DNA from: Candidatus Woesebacteria bacterium
Lineage (GTDB): Bacteria > Patescibacteriota > Microgenomatia > UBA8517
Direction of reading: 5' to 3'
Assembly (NCBI GenBank): GCA_016926185.1
Contig: JAFGPD010000010.1
Span: 1,444 to 65,443, forward strand
DNA length: 64,000 nucleotides
The position numbers were made by a program, and so were the translations under genes. Positions 16,552 to 26,722 of this stretch are shown in pieces. Numbering within the stretch: position 1 is the stretch's first letter; each line of letters opens with the position of its first letter. The notes under the pieces were generated by a model. The model did not search any database and was not told the DNA's origin. It was given only the letters and a program-made list of their open reading frames with translations.

Positions 16552-17658
16552 ATGAACAATAAAATTAAATGTCCCTTCTGCAATAGATCTTTTGAGCCGA
16601 CTGAGGCCTACAAACACGAGTTGGAGGAAAAACTGCTTCAGGAAACTCAGCAGCAGCACAAAAAAGATATTGAGGTAATTAAGCTGAAAATTGAAAAAGA
16701 AGCCAGTGAAAAAGCACAAAAGGATCTGTCGGCTGAGCGTGAGAGAGGTAAAAAGCTGACCGGTCAGATCGACAAACTGCTTTCTGAGATCAGAAACTTG
16801 AGGCAAAAGGATGAAGAACGGGAAATTGAGATGAAGAAAAAACTTCTCGCAGAAGAAGAAAAAATTAAGGAAGAGCAAAGAAAGAAAAGTGAGGAAGCGC
16901 ACAAGCTGACAGATATGGAAAAGGATAAGAAATTAAATGAAGCTTTGGAGCAGATCGAGACACTGAAAGCGAAAATCCAAAAAGGTTCTCAGCAGACACA
17001 AGGTGAAGTTTTAGAGCTTGAGATCGAGGAAAAATTGAAACAGGAATTCCCCAGCGATCAGATCACGGAAATTAAAAAAGGACAAAGAGGTGCTGACGTG
17101 TCCCAGATTGTTGTTGATAAAAATGGGAAAAAATGCGGAAAGATCTTGTGGGAAAGTAAAAACGCAAAATGGTCGAATAGCTGGATCTCAAAGCTGAAAG
17201 AAGACCAAAGACAGGCAAAAGCGGATGTAGCAATTCTCGTCAGCGTTCATCTTCCGGAAAATGTCGAATATTACAGCCGGATAAAAGGCGTGTGGGTGTG
17301 TTCGTGGAAAGTGTTTCTTCAGCTTGCTTATTCTCTCCGGTTCACGCTTATTTCACTCAACTTTGAAAAACAAACCAAGGTCGGGATCGATCAGAAAATG
17401 CAGATACTTTATGAATACTTGACAGGGAACGAGTTCAAAGGAAGGATCGAGGGGATTGTAGAAAGCTTTTCTTCCCTGCAGGAAGAGATGGAGCGGGAGA
17501 AGCGCTGGTTCTCTACAAAATGGGCAAGACAAGAAAAAGAGATCAGAAAAGTTCTTGATCATACTCACGGGATGTATGGGGACCTGCAGGGAGTTATCGG
17601 GAAATCATTACCAGAAATAAAGACGCTTTCCCTGCCTGAAAGCAGTGACGAAAGTTAA
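16552..17658 (+). CDS. DUF2130 domain protein
   Basis: IKCPFC N-terminus, coiled coil, GSQQTQGEVLEL, FPSD.I.EIKKGQRGAD, ILWESK. Confidence 0.85.
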   Translation: MNNKIKCPFCNRSFEPTEAYKHELEEKLLQETQQQHKKDIEVIKLKIEKEASEKAQKDLSAERERGKKLTGQIDKLLSEIRNLRQKDEEREIEMKKKLLAEEEKIKEEQRKKSEEAHKLTDMEKDKKLNEALEQIETLKAKIQKGSQQTQGEVLELEIEEKLKQEFPSDQITEIKKGQRGADVSQIVVDKNGKKCGKILWESKNAKWSNSWISKLKEDQRQAKADVAILVSVHLPENVEYYSRIKGVWVCSWKVFLQLAYSLRFTLISLNFEKQTKVGIDQKMQILYEYLTGNEFKGRIEGIVESFSSLQEEMEREKRWFSTKWARQEKEIRKVLDHTHGMYGDLQGVIGKSLPEIKTLSLPESSDES

Positions 17659-17705
17659 TTTGCTTTAATCCAATAGCCAAAAGTGTAAGAGGTAACTTTA
17701 GTATC

Positions 17706-18128
17706 TTATTTTGCCAAAGCAATGATTATTGTGCCGATGGTCATTAGTACCGCTCCGAATGCAACTTGCACGGTTATCCTTTCGCTTAAGATTATACCTG
17801 CAAAGACGATTGTCAGCACCAGACTTAGTTTGTCTATTGGAACAACTTTGCTTGCTTCACCGATCTTTAAGGCATAGAAATAAAAAAGCCAGGAAATTCC
17901 CGTCGCTATTCCTGAGAGGATCAAAAATATCCAAGATCTTTTTCCTATTGAAGAAAGCAGTGGCAGCTTTTTTTGGAATAGAACAATTCCCCAGGTAAAA
18001 ATCAGAATTACCGTGGTTCTTATTGCGGTTGCTAGGTTACTGTCAACATTTTCTATACCGATCTTTGCAAGTATTGCCACCAATGCGGCAAATATTGCTG
18101 AAAGAAAAGCTGCGATGTACCAAGTCAT
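17706..18128 (-). CDS. EamA/DMT family transporter
   Basis: LAKIGIENVDSNLATAIRT...ASKVVPIDKLS; the sequence reads on the minus strand although the ORF track labels it +. Confidence 0.85.
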   Translation of the reverse strand: MTWYIAAFLSAIFAALVAILAKIGIENVDSNLATAIRTTVILIFTWGIVLFQKKLPLLSSIGKRSWIFLILSGIATGISWLFYFYALKIGEASKVVPIDKLSLVLTIVFAGIILSERITVQVAFGAVLMTIGTIIIALAK

Positions 18129-18166
18129 TAACAGTATTTTAATTTATTTTTATGAAAGATATAAGT

Positions 18167-18766
18167 CTATCTTTTTATTGGGGAGGAAGTTGTTTCATCA
18201 AAACACTCTGGTATAAGATATGTCGAAAAGTCGGGATGATCTTCAAAAAGACTGCACATTATTACACCGTTCCCGTCAGCTACAATTTTTACTTCACCAT
18301 TATCTTTTACTGCAAATACATAACCTCCTCCTGCCGGTGCAGATACTGGGACAACTCCGCCTTCAATGTATTTTCCCAAGTGTTTAAAAATTACGACCTT
18401 CATGTCTGTCAGATCTAATCCCTTTTTAATTAAAGCTTGCTTGATCAGTTCCGAGTCACCTTCGATATCACATTCTCCTCTAAAGTAAGCCCATTCTTCA
18501 CAGGAGTAATCTTTCAGGTTGCACATTCCGAATTGGCTTCCGTCTGACTCTGTAATGATCTCCAGTTCTCCTCCATTTTCTTCACAGTACACTGAAGCAG
18601 GGTTTGCCATTCCTGCAGAAGGTTGATCTTGGTCGGCTTGTCTAGCTATTGGAGTGGGAGTAGGCACGGTTTCCAGTGGCTTTTCATTTGATCTTTTATT
18701 AGCAATTACTAGAAATATCACCAAAAGAGAGGAAAATATCGGGATTATCCAGACTAATTTTTTCAT
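18167..18766 (-). CDS. DUF333 domain exported protein
   Basis: Signal/TM, then GMANPASVYCEENGG...C...CEEWAYFRGEC. Confidence 0.8.
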   Translation of the reverse strand: MKKLVWIIPIFSSLLVIFLVIANKRSNEKPLETVPTPTPIARQADQDQPSAGMANPASVYCEENGGELEIITESDGSQFGMCNLKDYSCEEWAYFRGECDIEGDSELIKQALIKKGLDLTDMKVVIFKHLGKYIEGGVVPVSAPAGGGYVFAVKDNGEVKIVADGNGVIMCSLFEDHPDFSTYLIPECFDETTSSPIKR

Positions 18767-18885
18767 ATATGTATTTTATCACTTGTGTAAATATCATGTG
18801 AGTAGTACTGTTTTTGTTTCTTGTGTTAAAAAATTTTAAAAAGGCTTTTAATCTGATGAATGTGTTGTAGTAAAATACATTTGGA

Positions 18886-19284
18886 ATGAGAGCATCAGCA
18901 ATAATTGTCAAAAAAAATAAGATACTTTTGATACATCGTTTTAAAAAGGGAAAAGAATATTGGGTATTTCCCGGAGGAAATATCGAAGAAGGAGAAAAGA
19001 AAATTGAGGCAATAAAGCGTGAGGTATTAGAAGAAACAAGCTTAGCAGTCACAAGCTGCAGATATAGTTTTGATTATAAAGATGAGGATGGTGAGTGCAA
19101 TCCTGTGTTCACTTGTGAAGTTGAGGGTGGTGAGCCAAGATTAGCTGAAGGCGCTCCTGAGGCTGAAGCTGCTACGGACACAAATTGGTATAAACCGGAA
19201 TGGATAGATATAGAAGGATCGCTTAAGCTCAAGATCTATCCAGAGGAGGGAATTAGAGTTATTAGATCTTTGCTTAGGAAATAA
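18886..19284 (+). CDS. NUDIX hydrolase
   Basis: PGGNIEEGE...AIKREVLEETSL Nudix box. Confidence 0.9.
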   Translation: MRASAIIVKKNKILLIHRFKKGKEYWVFPGGNIEEGEKKIEAIKREVLEETSLAVTSCRYSFDYKDEDGECNPVFTCEVEGGEPRLAEGAPEAEAATDTNWYKPEWIDIEGSLKLKIYPEEGIRVIRSLLRK

Positions 19285-19335
19285 AACTAAATGTTATTTA
19301 TTAATACTTACAATTTAAAAAGGTTTCTGGCAAAT

Positions 19336-20514
19336 TCAGAGGTGTTCGAGTGAAAGCTGTGCTGGTTGGAAGTTTTTATTATAATAAATCGCTTTTTCGA
19401 ATTCCTGCCTTGCAGCCTCAATCCTTCCTTGTTTAAGATATATTTCACCTCTAATTTGGTAAAATTCTGAAAAAGCACGGTTTCCATTGTTTAAAATATT
19501 TTCTATCCTTGGCAAAAGCTCAACATACCTGCCTAGTTTTTGATATGCCAGAAGTGGTTCTATCTGATACCATAAAGTTCTGAATGGAAGTTTGCTTTCC
19601 ACTTTTTCAAAAATTTCTATAGACTTTTGACAATCTCCTATTTCGTAATAGGCAACAGATAGTGAAAATTGTAAATATTTATCCTCGGGATTTTTTACAG
19701 CTTCTTTTTTCAGATATTCTACGGCATTTTGCCAAGCGATCATTTCATCTATATTTTCTCCGATTATTGATCCAACCAGCTTTTCTTGACCGGGTTTAAC
19801 CAAAACCAGATATTCAAATCCGTACGGCTTCCAAAGCTGCAAGAATTCATCGTAATCATATTTTAAACCCTTGCCTTGCAGGGAATCATTTTGTATCAAA
19901 TAACCTCTTTTATCATTGTATCCATAGACAACACGGAAATGGCCAATATCTTCATTGGTTTTGGTCAAGGTCCTTGTAATGACAGGTATGTTATTTGCAA
20001 CAAATTTCTTAACGATCTCAATAGTACCAACAGGTCTATGAAAGGGGATAAAGCCGAAGTCTTTTGATTTTTCAGCTAGTTCTGCAAGGGTTACAGATTT
20101 GTCGTCGTTGTCCCCATTTGGTATTTGATAAGGGCGCAGTTCGTCCCCGAGAGCTTTTTGACTTACATTAATACAATAGAAAGAAAGTGCCATCGATAGT
20201 GATGCGGGACCGCAGTTGTTGAAAGTCTGAAAGCTATGCGAGCCTCCTTTTATCTGATAGCTTTCTGGTATCACCCCATATAAAGGAATGGGTGAAGATG
20301 TGATAGCTGATGATTGAAAATTACTTGATGTGAGATCAACAATTTTTTCAAAATTTGAGTAATTTAATCTAACAATTTGATTGTCTTTATAAACATGGAG
20401 GAAGAATGAAAAAAGCACCAGAATAATAAAAGTCATCCCAATTGTCAGTAATTCTTTTTTGTTTTTCTTATCTTTTGTTTTTAGATTATTAAATTCTCTC
20501 AATATTTCGGCCAT
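19336..20514 (-). CDS. C39-like cysteine peptidase with C-terminal TPRs
   Basis: QTFNNCGPASLSM, GHFRVVYGY, QNDS; TPR-like helices. Confidence 0.8.
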   Translation of the reverse strand: MAEILREFNNLKTKDKKNKKELLTIGMTFIILVLFSFFLHVYKDNQIVRLNYSNFEKIVDLTSSNFQSSAITSSPIPLYGVIPESYQIKGGSHSFQTFNNCGPASLSMALSFYCINVSQKALGDELRPYQIPNGDNDDKSVTLAELAEKSKDFGFIPFHRPVGTIEIVKKFVANNIPVITRTLTKTNEDIGHFRVVYGYNDKRGYLIQNDSLQGKGLKYDYDEFLQLWKPYGFEYLVLVKPGQEKLVGSIIGENIDEMIAWQNAVEYLKKEAVKNPEDKYLQFSLSVAYYEIGDCQKSIEIFEKVESKLPFRTLWYQIEPLLAYQKLGRYVELLPRIENILNNGNRAFSEFYQIRGEIYLKQGRIEAARQEFEKAIYYNKNFQPAQLSLEHL

Positions 20515-20557
20515 ATCTATATATTAACATGTATTACCGGTTCGAATAAGAGGATTG

Positions 20558-21313
20558 TTATATTAGTTTTTCGTTTTGGAGATATTCAACTACTCCTTTG
20601 TAGATAGCTTTGGCAGATATTTCAGGGTGGTTGGTAAGGAAGGCCCTGTCGGAGCTGTTAGTGAGAAAACCTGTTTCAATTATCACTGCTGTGGTCATCG
20701 GATGTATCGCATGATCATATCTCCACCAGGAAAATGCGTAATAACCGCGCATATTACGTGTGATATTGGGATCCAGTGATAATCCGGTGTCTGTTTTATA
20801 ATATTTGTCGATTGAGCTGATCAGACTCTCTGCGTTTCCTGTGAGGTCTCTCCAAGGACCAGTGATCTTGTAACCGGATTTTTCTGTATCTTCACTGCCG
20901 TCGGCATGGATAGCTATAAATACATCAGACCAATATTTTTCGGGAACGGTAGCTGGCAGAAGCTCAACGAATATCCCGTCAGCCTTAAGCAAGTTCTCGA
21001 TCTCTCTTGCTATTGTGAGATTAACTTCCCATTCGTCGTAGCCGCCAGCACTTGCTCCGTCACTTGTCCTTAGTTTTTTAAGTTCTTCGGGAAGATCATC
21101 ATTTTTGAAATGACCCACCTGAATAGCAACCTTTGCAGGTAGATCAGGTCGGCTCCAGTCTGAAAGCCAGGACAGAACCCCGCTTGGCACACTTTCCTCA
21201 CTGGTTGAAATAGCGGGGGCTCCCTGTATACTATCTTTCGGAGAAGAAAAATAAGAAATTATTCCTGCAGTGGTCAAAAATAATATAAATAGTACAAAAA
21301 TCACTTTTCTCAT
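20558..21313 (-). CDS. N-acetylmuramoyl-L-alanine amidase (Amidase_3 family)
   Basis: VAIQVGH, E..VNL.IA, FIAIHAD, AVIIETGFLTN. Confidence 0.8.
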   Translation of the reverse strand: MRKVIFVLFILFLTTAGIISYFSSPKDSIQGAPAISTSEESVPSGVLSWLSDWSRPDLPAKVAIQVGHFKNDDLPEELKKLRTSDGASAGGYDEWEVNLTIAREIENLLKADGIFVELLPATVPEKYWSDVFIAIHADGSEDTEKSGYKITGPWRDLTGNAESLISSIDKYYKTDTGLSLDPNITRNMRGYYAFSWWRYDHAIHPMTTAVIIETGFLTNSSDRAFLTNHPEISAKAIYKGVVEYLQNEKLI

Positions 21314-21406
21314 AGAAGTTACGATATTAGCACAGTTTTCTTAAGATTACCTGACTGTGTTTTCACGGACTTTTCTTGTTGGGATTATTGTGCAATACTG
21401 AAGAGC

Positions 21407-22531
21407 ATGAAAAATCTTAAAAATGACTTACAAATAAGCAAAGGATCGATCATAATTATGATCTTGGTTGTTGTAGCTTTTTTTGCAACAGCAGGGATCG
21501 CTTATTATTTAATGGCTTATGGTCAAAAAAGTGGGGTTGATAAGTTTGTGAGCAGTAATGTTATCAGAAAAGACACATCTTCTATAAATAGTAATGACAT
21601 TGAAAACTTAACTCCTACCCCAATATCAAAAAGTTTTCCTTTTGAGGAGATGACACTCCCGTCTCTTCGGAGACGTAATTATAAAAGCAGTCTGGGGGAA
21701 TTGCAAAAACTTGCAGATAAAAATAACTTTTCTTCGTATTTGACAAGCTACGATTCTGACGGTCTTAGGATAAATGGCTATCTCACAATACCTCACGGAC
21801 AGATCCCGGAGGGAGGTTGGCCTGCGGTGGTATTCGTACACGGATACATTCCTCCACAAGAGTATGAAACGACAAAAAACTATGTTAGCTATGCTGATGC
21901 TTTGGCTGATTATGGCTTGGTTGTTTTTAAAATTGATCTCAGGGGGCATGGTCAAAGTGAAGGGGAACCGATGGGTGCATACTATTCGGAAAGCTATGTT
22001 GTTGACACCTTAAATGCATACAGAGCTTTGCAAAAAAGCGATTTTGTTAACCCAGACAAAATTGGTCTTTGGGGACATTCAATGGGTGGTAACGTCGTTT
22101 TTCGAAGTAAAGTTGTAATACCAGAAATTCAGAAGGTAGTGATATGGGCTGGAGCTGTGTTTACCTATGAGGATTTTTCTGAGTATAAGATCGAAGATAA
22201 TAGTTACCAGCCACCACCCCAAGAATCGGAGAGAATAAAAAGGAGAGAAGAGCTTTTTGATAATTATGGAGAATTTGATCCTAATAGTGAATTTTGGAAA
22301 CAGATTGTGCCGACAAATTATCTCGAAGATATATCCGGTGATTTTCAAATTCATCACGCGATTGACGATAATATAGTGAGCATTGAATATAGCAGGAATT
22401 TGGAAAAGATATTTGATGCTGACGGGATAGAAAATCAGCTCTATGAATATAGAAGTGGTGGACATAATATCACTAGCAGTAGTTTTGATTTAGCAATGCA
22501 ACGATCTGCAGACTTTTTGACAAGTTATTAA
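21407..22531 (+). CDS. Membrane-anchored alpha/beta hydrolase (S9 peptidase-like)
   Basis: VVFVHG, DLRGHG, GHSMGG nucleophile, DD.V, GGH. Confidence 0.85.
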   Translation: MKNLKNDLQISKGSIIIMILVVVAFFATAGIAYYLMAYGQKSGVDKFVSSNVIRKDTSSINSNDIENLTPTPISKSFPFEEMTLPSLRRRNYKSSLGELQKLADKNNFSSYLTSYDSDGLRINGYLTIPHGQIPEGGWPAVVFVHGYIPPQEYETTKNYVSYADALADYGLVVFKIDLRGHGQSEGEPMGAYYSESYVVDTLNAYRALQKSDFVNPDKIGLWGHSMGGNVVFRSKVVIPEIQKVVIWAGAVFTYEDFSEYKIEDNSYQPPPQESERIKRREELFDNYGEFDPNSEFWKQIVPTNYLEDISGDFQIHHAIDDNIVSIEYSRNLEKIFDADGIENQLYEYRSGGHNITSSSFDLAMQRSADFLTSY

Positions 22532-22822
22532 ATGAAAAAAGATTACGGGGGAGTAGTGTGGACAGATCATGCACTAGAGAGAATGCGTGACAGGGGAATA
22601 AAACAGGGAGATGCATGGGCAACTTTTAGAAGTCCTCATTCCAGCAAGAATGCTTCAACTAAAGATGCGTATATATATTATAAAACTTTCGGGAGTGAAA
22701 AGATCGAGGTTGTAGCAAAAAAGGATGAGGATAAATGGATAATTATTTCTGTATGGTCTAAAAAACTGGAAAAGCAGAAAAACAAGAGCATTTTTAGTTT
22801 TATAAAAAAACTTTTTAAATGA
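22532..22822 (+). CDS. DUF4258 domain protein
   Basis: WTDHALERMRDRGI motif. Confidence 0.7.
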   Translation: MKKDYGGVVWTDHALERMRDRGIKQGDAWATFRSPHSSKNASTKDAYIYYKTFGSEKIEVVAKKDEDKWIIISVWSKKLEKQKNKSIFSFIKKLFK

Positions 22823-23190
22823 TCGTAAAAAGATCAATAGATAACTTAGAGTTGAAATTCTCCTTAATAGAAAAAATTCTGACTTTCCATACGGATTTTC
22901 ATATTCATATTAAAAATATTAAGTCTATTAAAGAAGGCAAACTATCCCCATGGAGACGCTTTTTGGGTTTTCGCTGTCCCGGAACCTTTTTGCCTGGAGT
23001 ATTCAAATTGGGAACATATTATACAAAGGAAGGCAGAGAATTTTGGTTTTGGTTAAGGAATAAAAAATATGAATATACAATTGAACTGAAGGATGAAAAG
23101 TATGAACGTTTGATCATTTCAACAAATAAAAAATTGTCACTAAATCTTAAACAGAAAAAGAGACAGTTGGAATACATATTGAATAGCTGA
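22819..23190 (+). CDS. Hypothetical protein (PH-like fold possible)
   Basis: GFRCPGTFLPG..KLGTYY motif; overlaps the upstream stop. Confidence 0.6.
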   Translation: MIVKRSIDNLELKFSLIEKILTFHTDFHIHIKNIKSIKEGKLSPWRRFLGFRCPGTFLPGVFKLGTYYTKEGREFWFWLRNKKYEYTIELKDEKYERLIISTNKKLSLNLKQKKRQLEYILNS

Positions 23191-23232
23191 AACTTTGTGG
23201 TAAATTATTACTGTAAAAAGGAGGTGATCAAT

Positions 23233-23619
23233 TTGAAAGGTTTTGTAGATAATATAGAAAAACTGACATTAAAAAACAATAACTTCAGAAAAGTACTTTT
23301 TACTGGTAAATTCTGCCAGCTTGTGGTCATGAGCTTAAAACCCGGTGAGGAAATTGGAATGGAAGTTCATCCTGATGTAGATCAATTCTTCCGGATCGAT
23401 AGTGGTATGGGAAAAGTGATAATGGGGAGGGAAGAAAAAAGATTGAAGGACGGTTCTGCGATCGTTGTTCCTGCTGGAACAAAACATAATATTGTTAATA
23501 CCAGTAAGACTGATGATCTGAAACTTTATACCGTATATTCGCCACCCAATCATCCAAAAGGTACGGTTCATAAAACTTACGAGGAAGCTGAAGAGTATGA
23601 GAAAAAGCATCACTCATGA
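23233..23619 (+). CDS. Cupin domain protein
   Basis: QLVVMSLKPGEEIGMEVH..DQFF...G.G, VPAGTKHN; TTG start after SD AAGGAGGTG. Confidence 0.85.
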   Translation: MKGFVDNIEKLTLKNNNFRKVLFTGKFCQLVVMSLKPGEEIGMEVHPDVDQFFRIDSGMGKVIMGREEKRLKDGSAIVVPAGTKHNIVNTSKTDDLKLYTVYSPPNHPKGTVHKTYEEAEEYEKKHHS

Positions 23620-23640
23620 TTTGTTTTTGGAAAACAAATC
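23618..23640 (+). terminator. Hairpin after the cupin gene (putative terminator)
   Basis: GATTTGTTTT-TGG-AAAACAAATC. Confidence 0.4.
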
Positions 23641-23782
23641 GTAGGAGTCGTTTTGGCGTGTTATTATTGGGTTGTGATATGACTTAAGGTTATATTTTCA
23701 ATGAGATCTCAAGCTTCGTTTAAGATGTGGTATTCTGTTGAAAAGCCCAATCAAGATCAACAGCAATGTTTGTAATCTTTAC

Positions 23783-23813
23783 TTGACAAAATGTAATGTT
23801 TGTATTACATTTT
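23783..23813 (+). promoter_or_regulatory. Promoter with overlapping palindromic operator
   Basis: TTGACA 23783-23788, TACATT 17 nt later; AAAATGTAAT-GTTTGT-ATTACATTTT inverted repeat. Confidence 0.65.
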
Positions 23814-23817
23814 ATAT

Positions 23818-24213
23818 ATGGATCTTACTTCTGAGCAATTTGAAAAGATAAGAAAAATATTAACATTTCTCGAGATAATAGTTGTATTATTGGCAGTGAA
23901 TTTTAACTCTGCTCTTATTGCGATCTTTGGGATCGGTTTCGGGATGTTTATTTTGACTTTTCTTAAAAGCAGCGTGAAGGATAAATTGATTGACGAAAGA
24001 ATAGAAAGTATCGCAAACCGTGCTGCGATGGTGTCTTTCAGGGTGATGCTTCCAATTCTTGGATTGACCTCGGTAGCTCTTTTGGTTAGTGCCGGAAAAG
24101 AGGAATTCTATTTCCTGCATGGATTGGGAGTCATCCTTTCTTATATTACTTGTTTAGGACTTTTTATTTATTTAGTGACTTATTATTACTTTAACAAAAA
24201 ATATGGGGGATGA
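23818..24213 (+). CDS. DUF2178-like membrane protein
   Basis: IDER...I..RAA between TM pairs; adjacent to an XRE regulator. Confidence 0.7.
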   Translation: MDLTSEQFEKIRKILTFLEIIVVLLAVNFNSALIAIFGIGFGMFILTFLKSSVKDKLIDERIESIANRAAMVSFRVMLPILGLTSVALLVSAGKEEFYFLHGLGVILSYITCLGLFIYLVTYYYFNKKYGG

Positions 24214-24413
24214 TGATACAAAACAAGATAAAAGTTTACAGAGCAATGAATGAAATGACCCAAGAGGATCTAGCAAAAAAGGTTGGAGTCGTTCGTCAGA
24301 CGATCCATGCGATCGAGAATAACAAATATGTTCCATCACTTTCTTTAGCTTTCAAAATTGCCGGTGAGTTTGGTGTTGATATCAATGAGGTTTTTCAATT
24401 TCAGAAATCATGA
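24210..24413 (+). CDS. XRE/Cro family HTH regulator
   Basis: [35 protein letters not shown]. Confidence 0.9.
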   Translation: MMIQNKIKVYRAMNEMTQEDLAKKVGVVRQTIHAIENNKYVPSLSLAFKIAGEFGVDINEVFQFQKS

Positions 24414-24811
24414 AAAAGTTGATCACAAAGTACAGAAACTGGTTTTTTTACTGGGCAGCTGTGGGAGTAGGATTTTTCATACTTTTCTTTTTGGTCACCA
24501 GCAGCTGGATCGGTGTGAGCGTTAAGGAAAAATGTCTTATCGCTACCGCCAGGTATGAAAAAGAGGATTGTGTGTTTGCATTGATGGATCAGCTGCAGGA
24601 TGAGAACACAACATATCGTGAAAAAAATTATGCGATATGGGCATTGGGACAGTTGGGAGATGATAGAGCATTGTCTATTTTGGAAAATATGTATACTGGT
24701 ATAATTCCTGATAGAGAACCGTACGATGACGGCATAAGCCAGTATGAGCTGAAAAAAGCAATCAAGTTAATAGATGACGGTTTCAATGCTACTGCTTTTG
24801 TGTGGAGATGA
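24410..24811 (+). CDS. Membrane-anchored HEAT-repeat protein
   Basis: TM then [14 protein letters not shown]. Confidence 0.65.
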   Translation: MKKLITKYRNWFFYWAAVGVGFFILFFLVTSSWIGVSVKEKCLIATARYEKEDCVFALMDQLQDENTTYREKNYAIWALGQLGDDRALSILENMYTGIIPDREPYDDGISQYELKKAIKLIDDGFNATAFVWR

Positions 24812-25816
24812 TCATATTGGCATTTTAACGGTGAAGATCGATCCTTTTCCAATTTTACTTTCCACCTCGATCTTTCCTTCATGTTTTTCTACTATGATCT
24901 TTGCCAGAGATAGTCCTAAACCGAAACCTTCTGCTTTAATTTTTGATCTTGAAGACTCAACACGATAAAACCTTTCAAATATTTTTTCCAAGTGTTTTTC
25001 TGCAATACCTATCCCTGTGTCCTTTACTATTATTAATAGTACTCTTAAGTTCTTGCTTAGCTTTGATATGATAGATACTTTTCCGCCTTTGGGAGTATAT
25101 TTTATTGCGTTGTCTAAAAGGATCGAGATCAGCTTTGCGATCTTTTCTTCATCTGCCTTGATATATACAAGAGAAAGTTTATTGGCGATTTTTATGTTTT
25201 TTGCTTTGGCTTGTTTTTCGAATTTTTCAACCTCTCTTCTAATAACTTCTTTCGTGTTAACCCTTTGTTTTTTTAAATTAGCTTCCTCAATTCGAGCCAA
25301 TGCAAGCAATTCATTCGTAAGTATCTTCAGATCATCGATATCATCCAGACTTTCCTGAAGAGTTCTTTTTGCCTCTTTTAAGTTAAGCTTTTTGTCTCTT
25401 AAAGAAACCTCAATAGATGTTTTTAGTGCTGTTATTGGAGTTTTAAGTTCATGTGACGCATCAGCTACAAATCTTTTTTGTTCATCCATTGTATGCTCGA
25501 TCGGTTCAAGGGTTTTTCCTGCCAAGTAATGCCCAAGCATTGAAGATAGTACAAAAAGGAAACCATTTGCATAAATAAGAATAAGGAAAATTCTATTTCT
25601 TGCTGATTCAAGATCACTTCTGAAATACTCATGAACAGGACCTTCTATTCTAAAGTATTGAGGAGTTTCTTTAGATAATCTATTCTCAATAGTTATAAGC
25701 CTATTTTTGAATTCTCTTGAAACCTCATTATAAATAAATGCACTAAAAGTGAAACTCATTAACATTATTATCAGTACATACCAAGCAGTGAGTTCGAGTC
25801 TTGCTCTTTTGAACAT
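24812..25816 (-). CDS. Sensor histidine kinase
   Basis: FVADASHELKTP, LLDNAIKYT, DTGIGI, FERFYR, GFGLGLS. Confidence 0.95.
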   Translation of the reverse strand: MFKRARLELTAWYVLIIMLMSFTFSAFIYNEVSREFKNRLITIENRLSKETPQYFRIEGPVHEYFRSDLESARNRIFLILIYANGFLFVLSSMLGHYLAGKTLEPIEHTMDEQKRFVADASHELKTPITALKTSIEVSLRDKKLNLKEAKRTLQESLDDIDDLKILTNELLALARIEEANLKKQRVNTKEVIRREVEKFEKQAKAKNIKIANKLSLVYIKADEEKIAKLISILLDNAIKYTPKGGKVSIISKLSKNLRVLLIIVKDTGIGIAEKHLEKIFERFYRVESSRSKIKAEGFGLGLSLAKIIVEKHEGKIEVESKIGKGSIFTVKMPI

Positions 25817-25855
25817 CTTTTTACCTTTAAACAAATTTACACTTAACTAAGTTTT

Positions 25856-26530
25856 TTACTCTGACACCTTGTAACCGAAACCTCTAACTGTTTCAATGAT
25901 CTTAGACTTACCTTTGAAGGGTTTTTCCAGTTTACCTCTTAAGTATCCGATATATACCTCAACTGTATTGGGAAGTACATCAGAATCGTAGTCCCATACA
26001 TGCTCGATGATTTGATCTTTGGTCACTACTTTTCCTTTGTTTCTCAAAAGATATTCCAAAAGAGATAGTTCAGTTTTACTAAGTTCGATAAGTATTTTCC
26101 CTCTTTTGACCTCGAGATTTTTGGTGTTTAGAGTAAGGTCTTTCGTTTGCAGGACACTGTCAAGGGTTTGCTTTGGTCTTCTTGACAAAGCCCTGACTCG
26201 TGCAAGAAGTTCGGTAAAAGAAAAAGGCTTTGGTAAGTAGTCATCAGCCCCAGAATTCAAACCTTCCACTTTTTCGTTCACAGAATCTCTCGCTGTAAGT
26301 ATCAAAATGGGAGTGTGTATATTTTCGGCTCTTAAGTTCTTGCAAATAGTCAGCCCGTCAATTTTTGGAAGCATCAGATCAAGGATGATGACATCATAAT
26401 TTTCAGTTGATGCAAGGTCATAACCAGACTCGCCATCGAAGGCCACATCAACAGCAAAAGTTTCCTGTTCAAGACCCCGTCTTATAGAGTTGGCGATCTT
26501 ATATTCGTCCTCAACTATGAGAATTCTCAT
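25856..26530 (-). CDS. OmpR/PhoB family response regulator
   Basis: ILIVEDE, DLMLP, GADDY..KPF, TVRGFGY. Confidence 0.95.
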   Translation of the reverse strand: MRILIVEDEYKIANSIRRGLEQETFAVDVAFDGESGYDLASTENYDVIILDLMLPKIDGLTICKNLRAENIHTPILILTARDSVNEKVEGLNSGADDYLPKPFSFTELLARVRALSRRPKQTLDSVLQTKDLTLNTKNLEVKRGKILIELSKTELSLLEYLLRNKGKVVTKDQIIEHVWDYDSDVLPNTVEVYIGYLRGKLEKPFKGKSKIIETVRGFGYKVSE

Positions 26531-26722
26531 TTTTGTTTAACAAGCGATTTGTTGTAGCAGATAGTTGGGAAGGATTTAGTGGTGAAATAAGATCTATTGC
26601 TTACAACTTATCTTAAAAATTTGTAAATATAGTATAAACCATTTCTGAGAAAAAACTGAGAGAATTTTATGTAAGAGAAATTGCCTATTTGTATTTTTAA
26701 AAAATTTGTTACAATGTCTAAT

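Noticed and set aside
17706-18128. ORF track lists the EamA transporter on the + strand
   Set aside because: The + strand reads TTA at 17706 and CAT at 18126-18128, so MTWYIAAF is encoded on the minus strand; annotated as minus.
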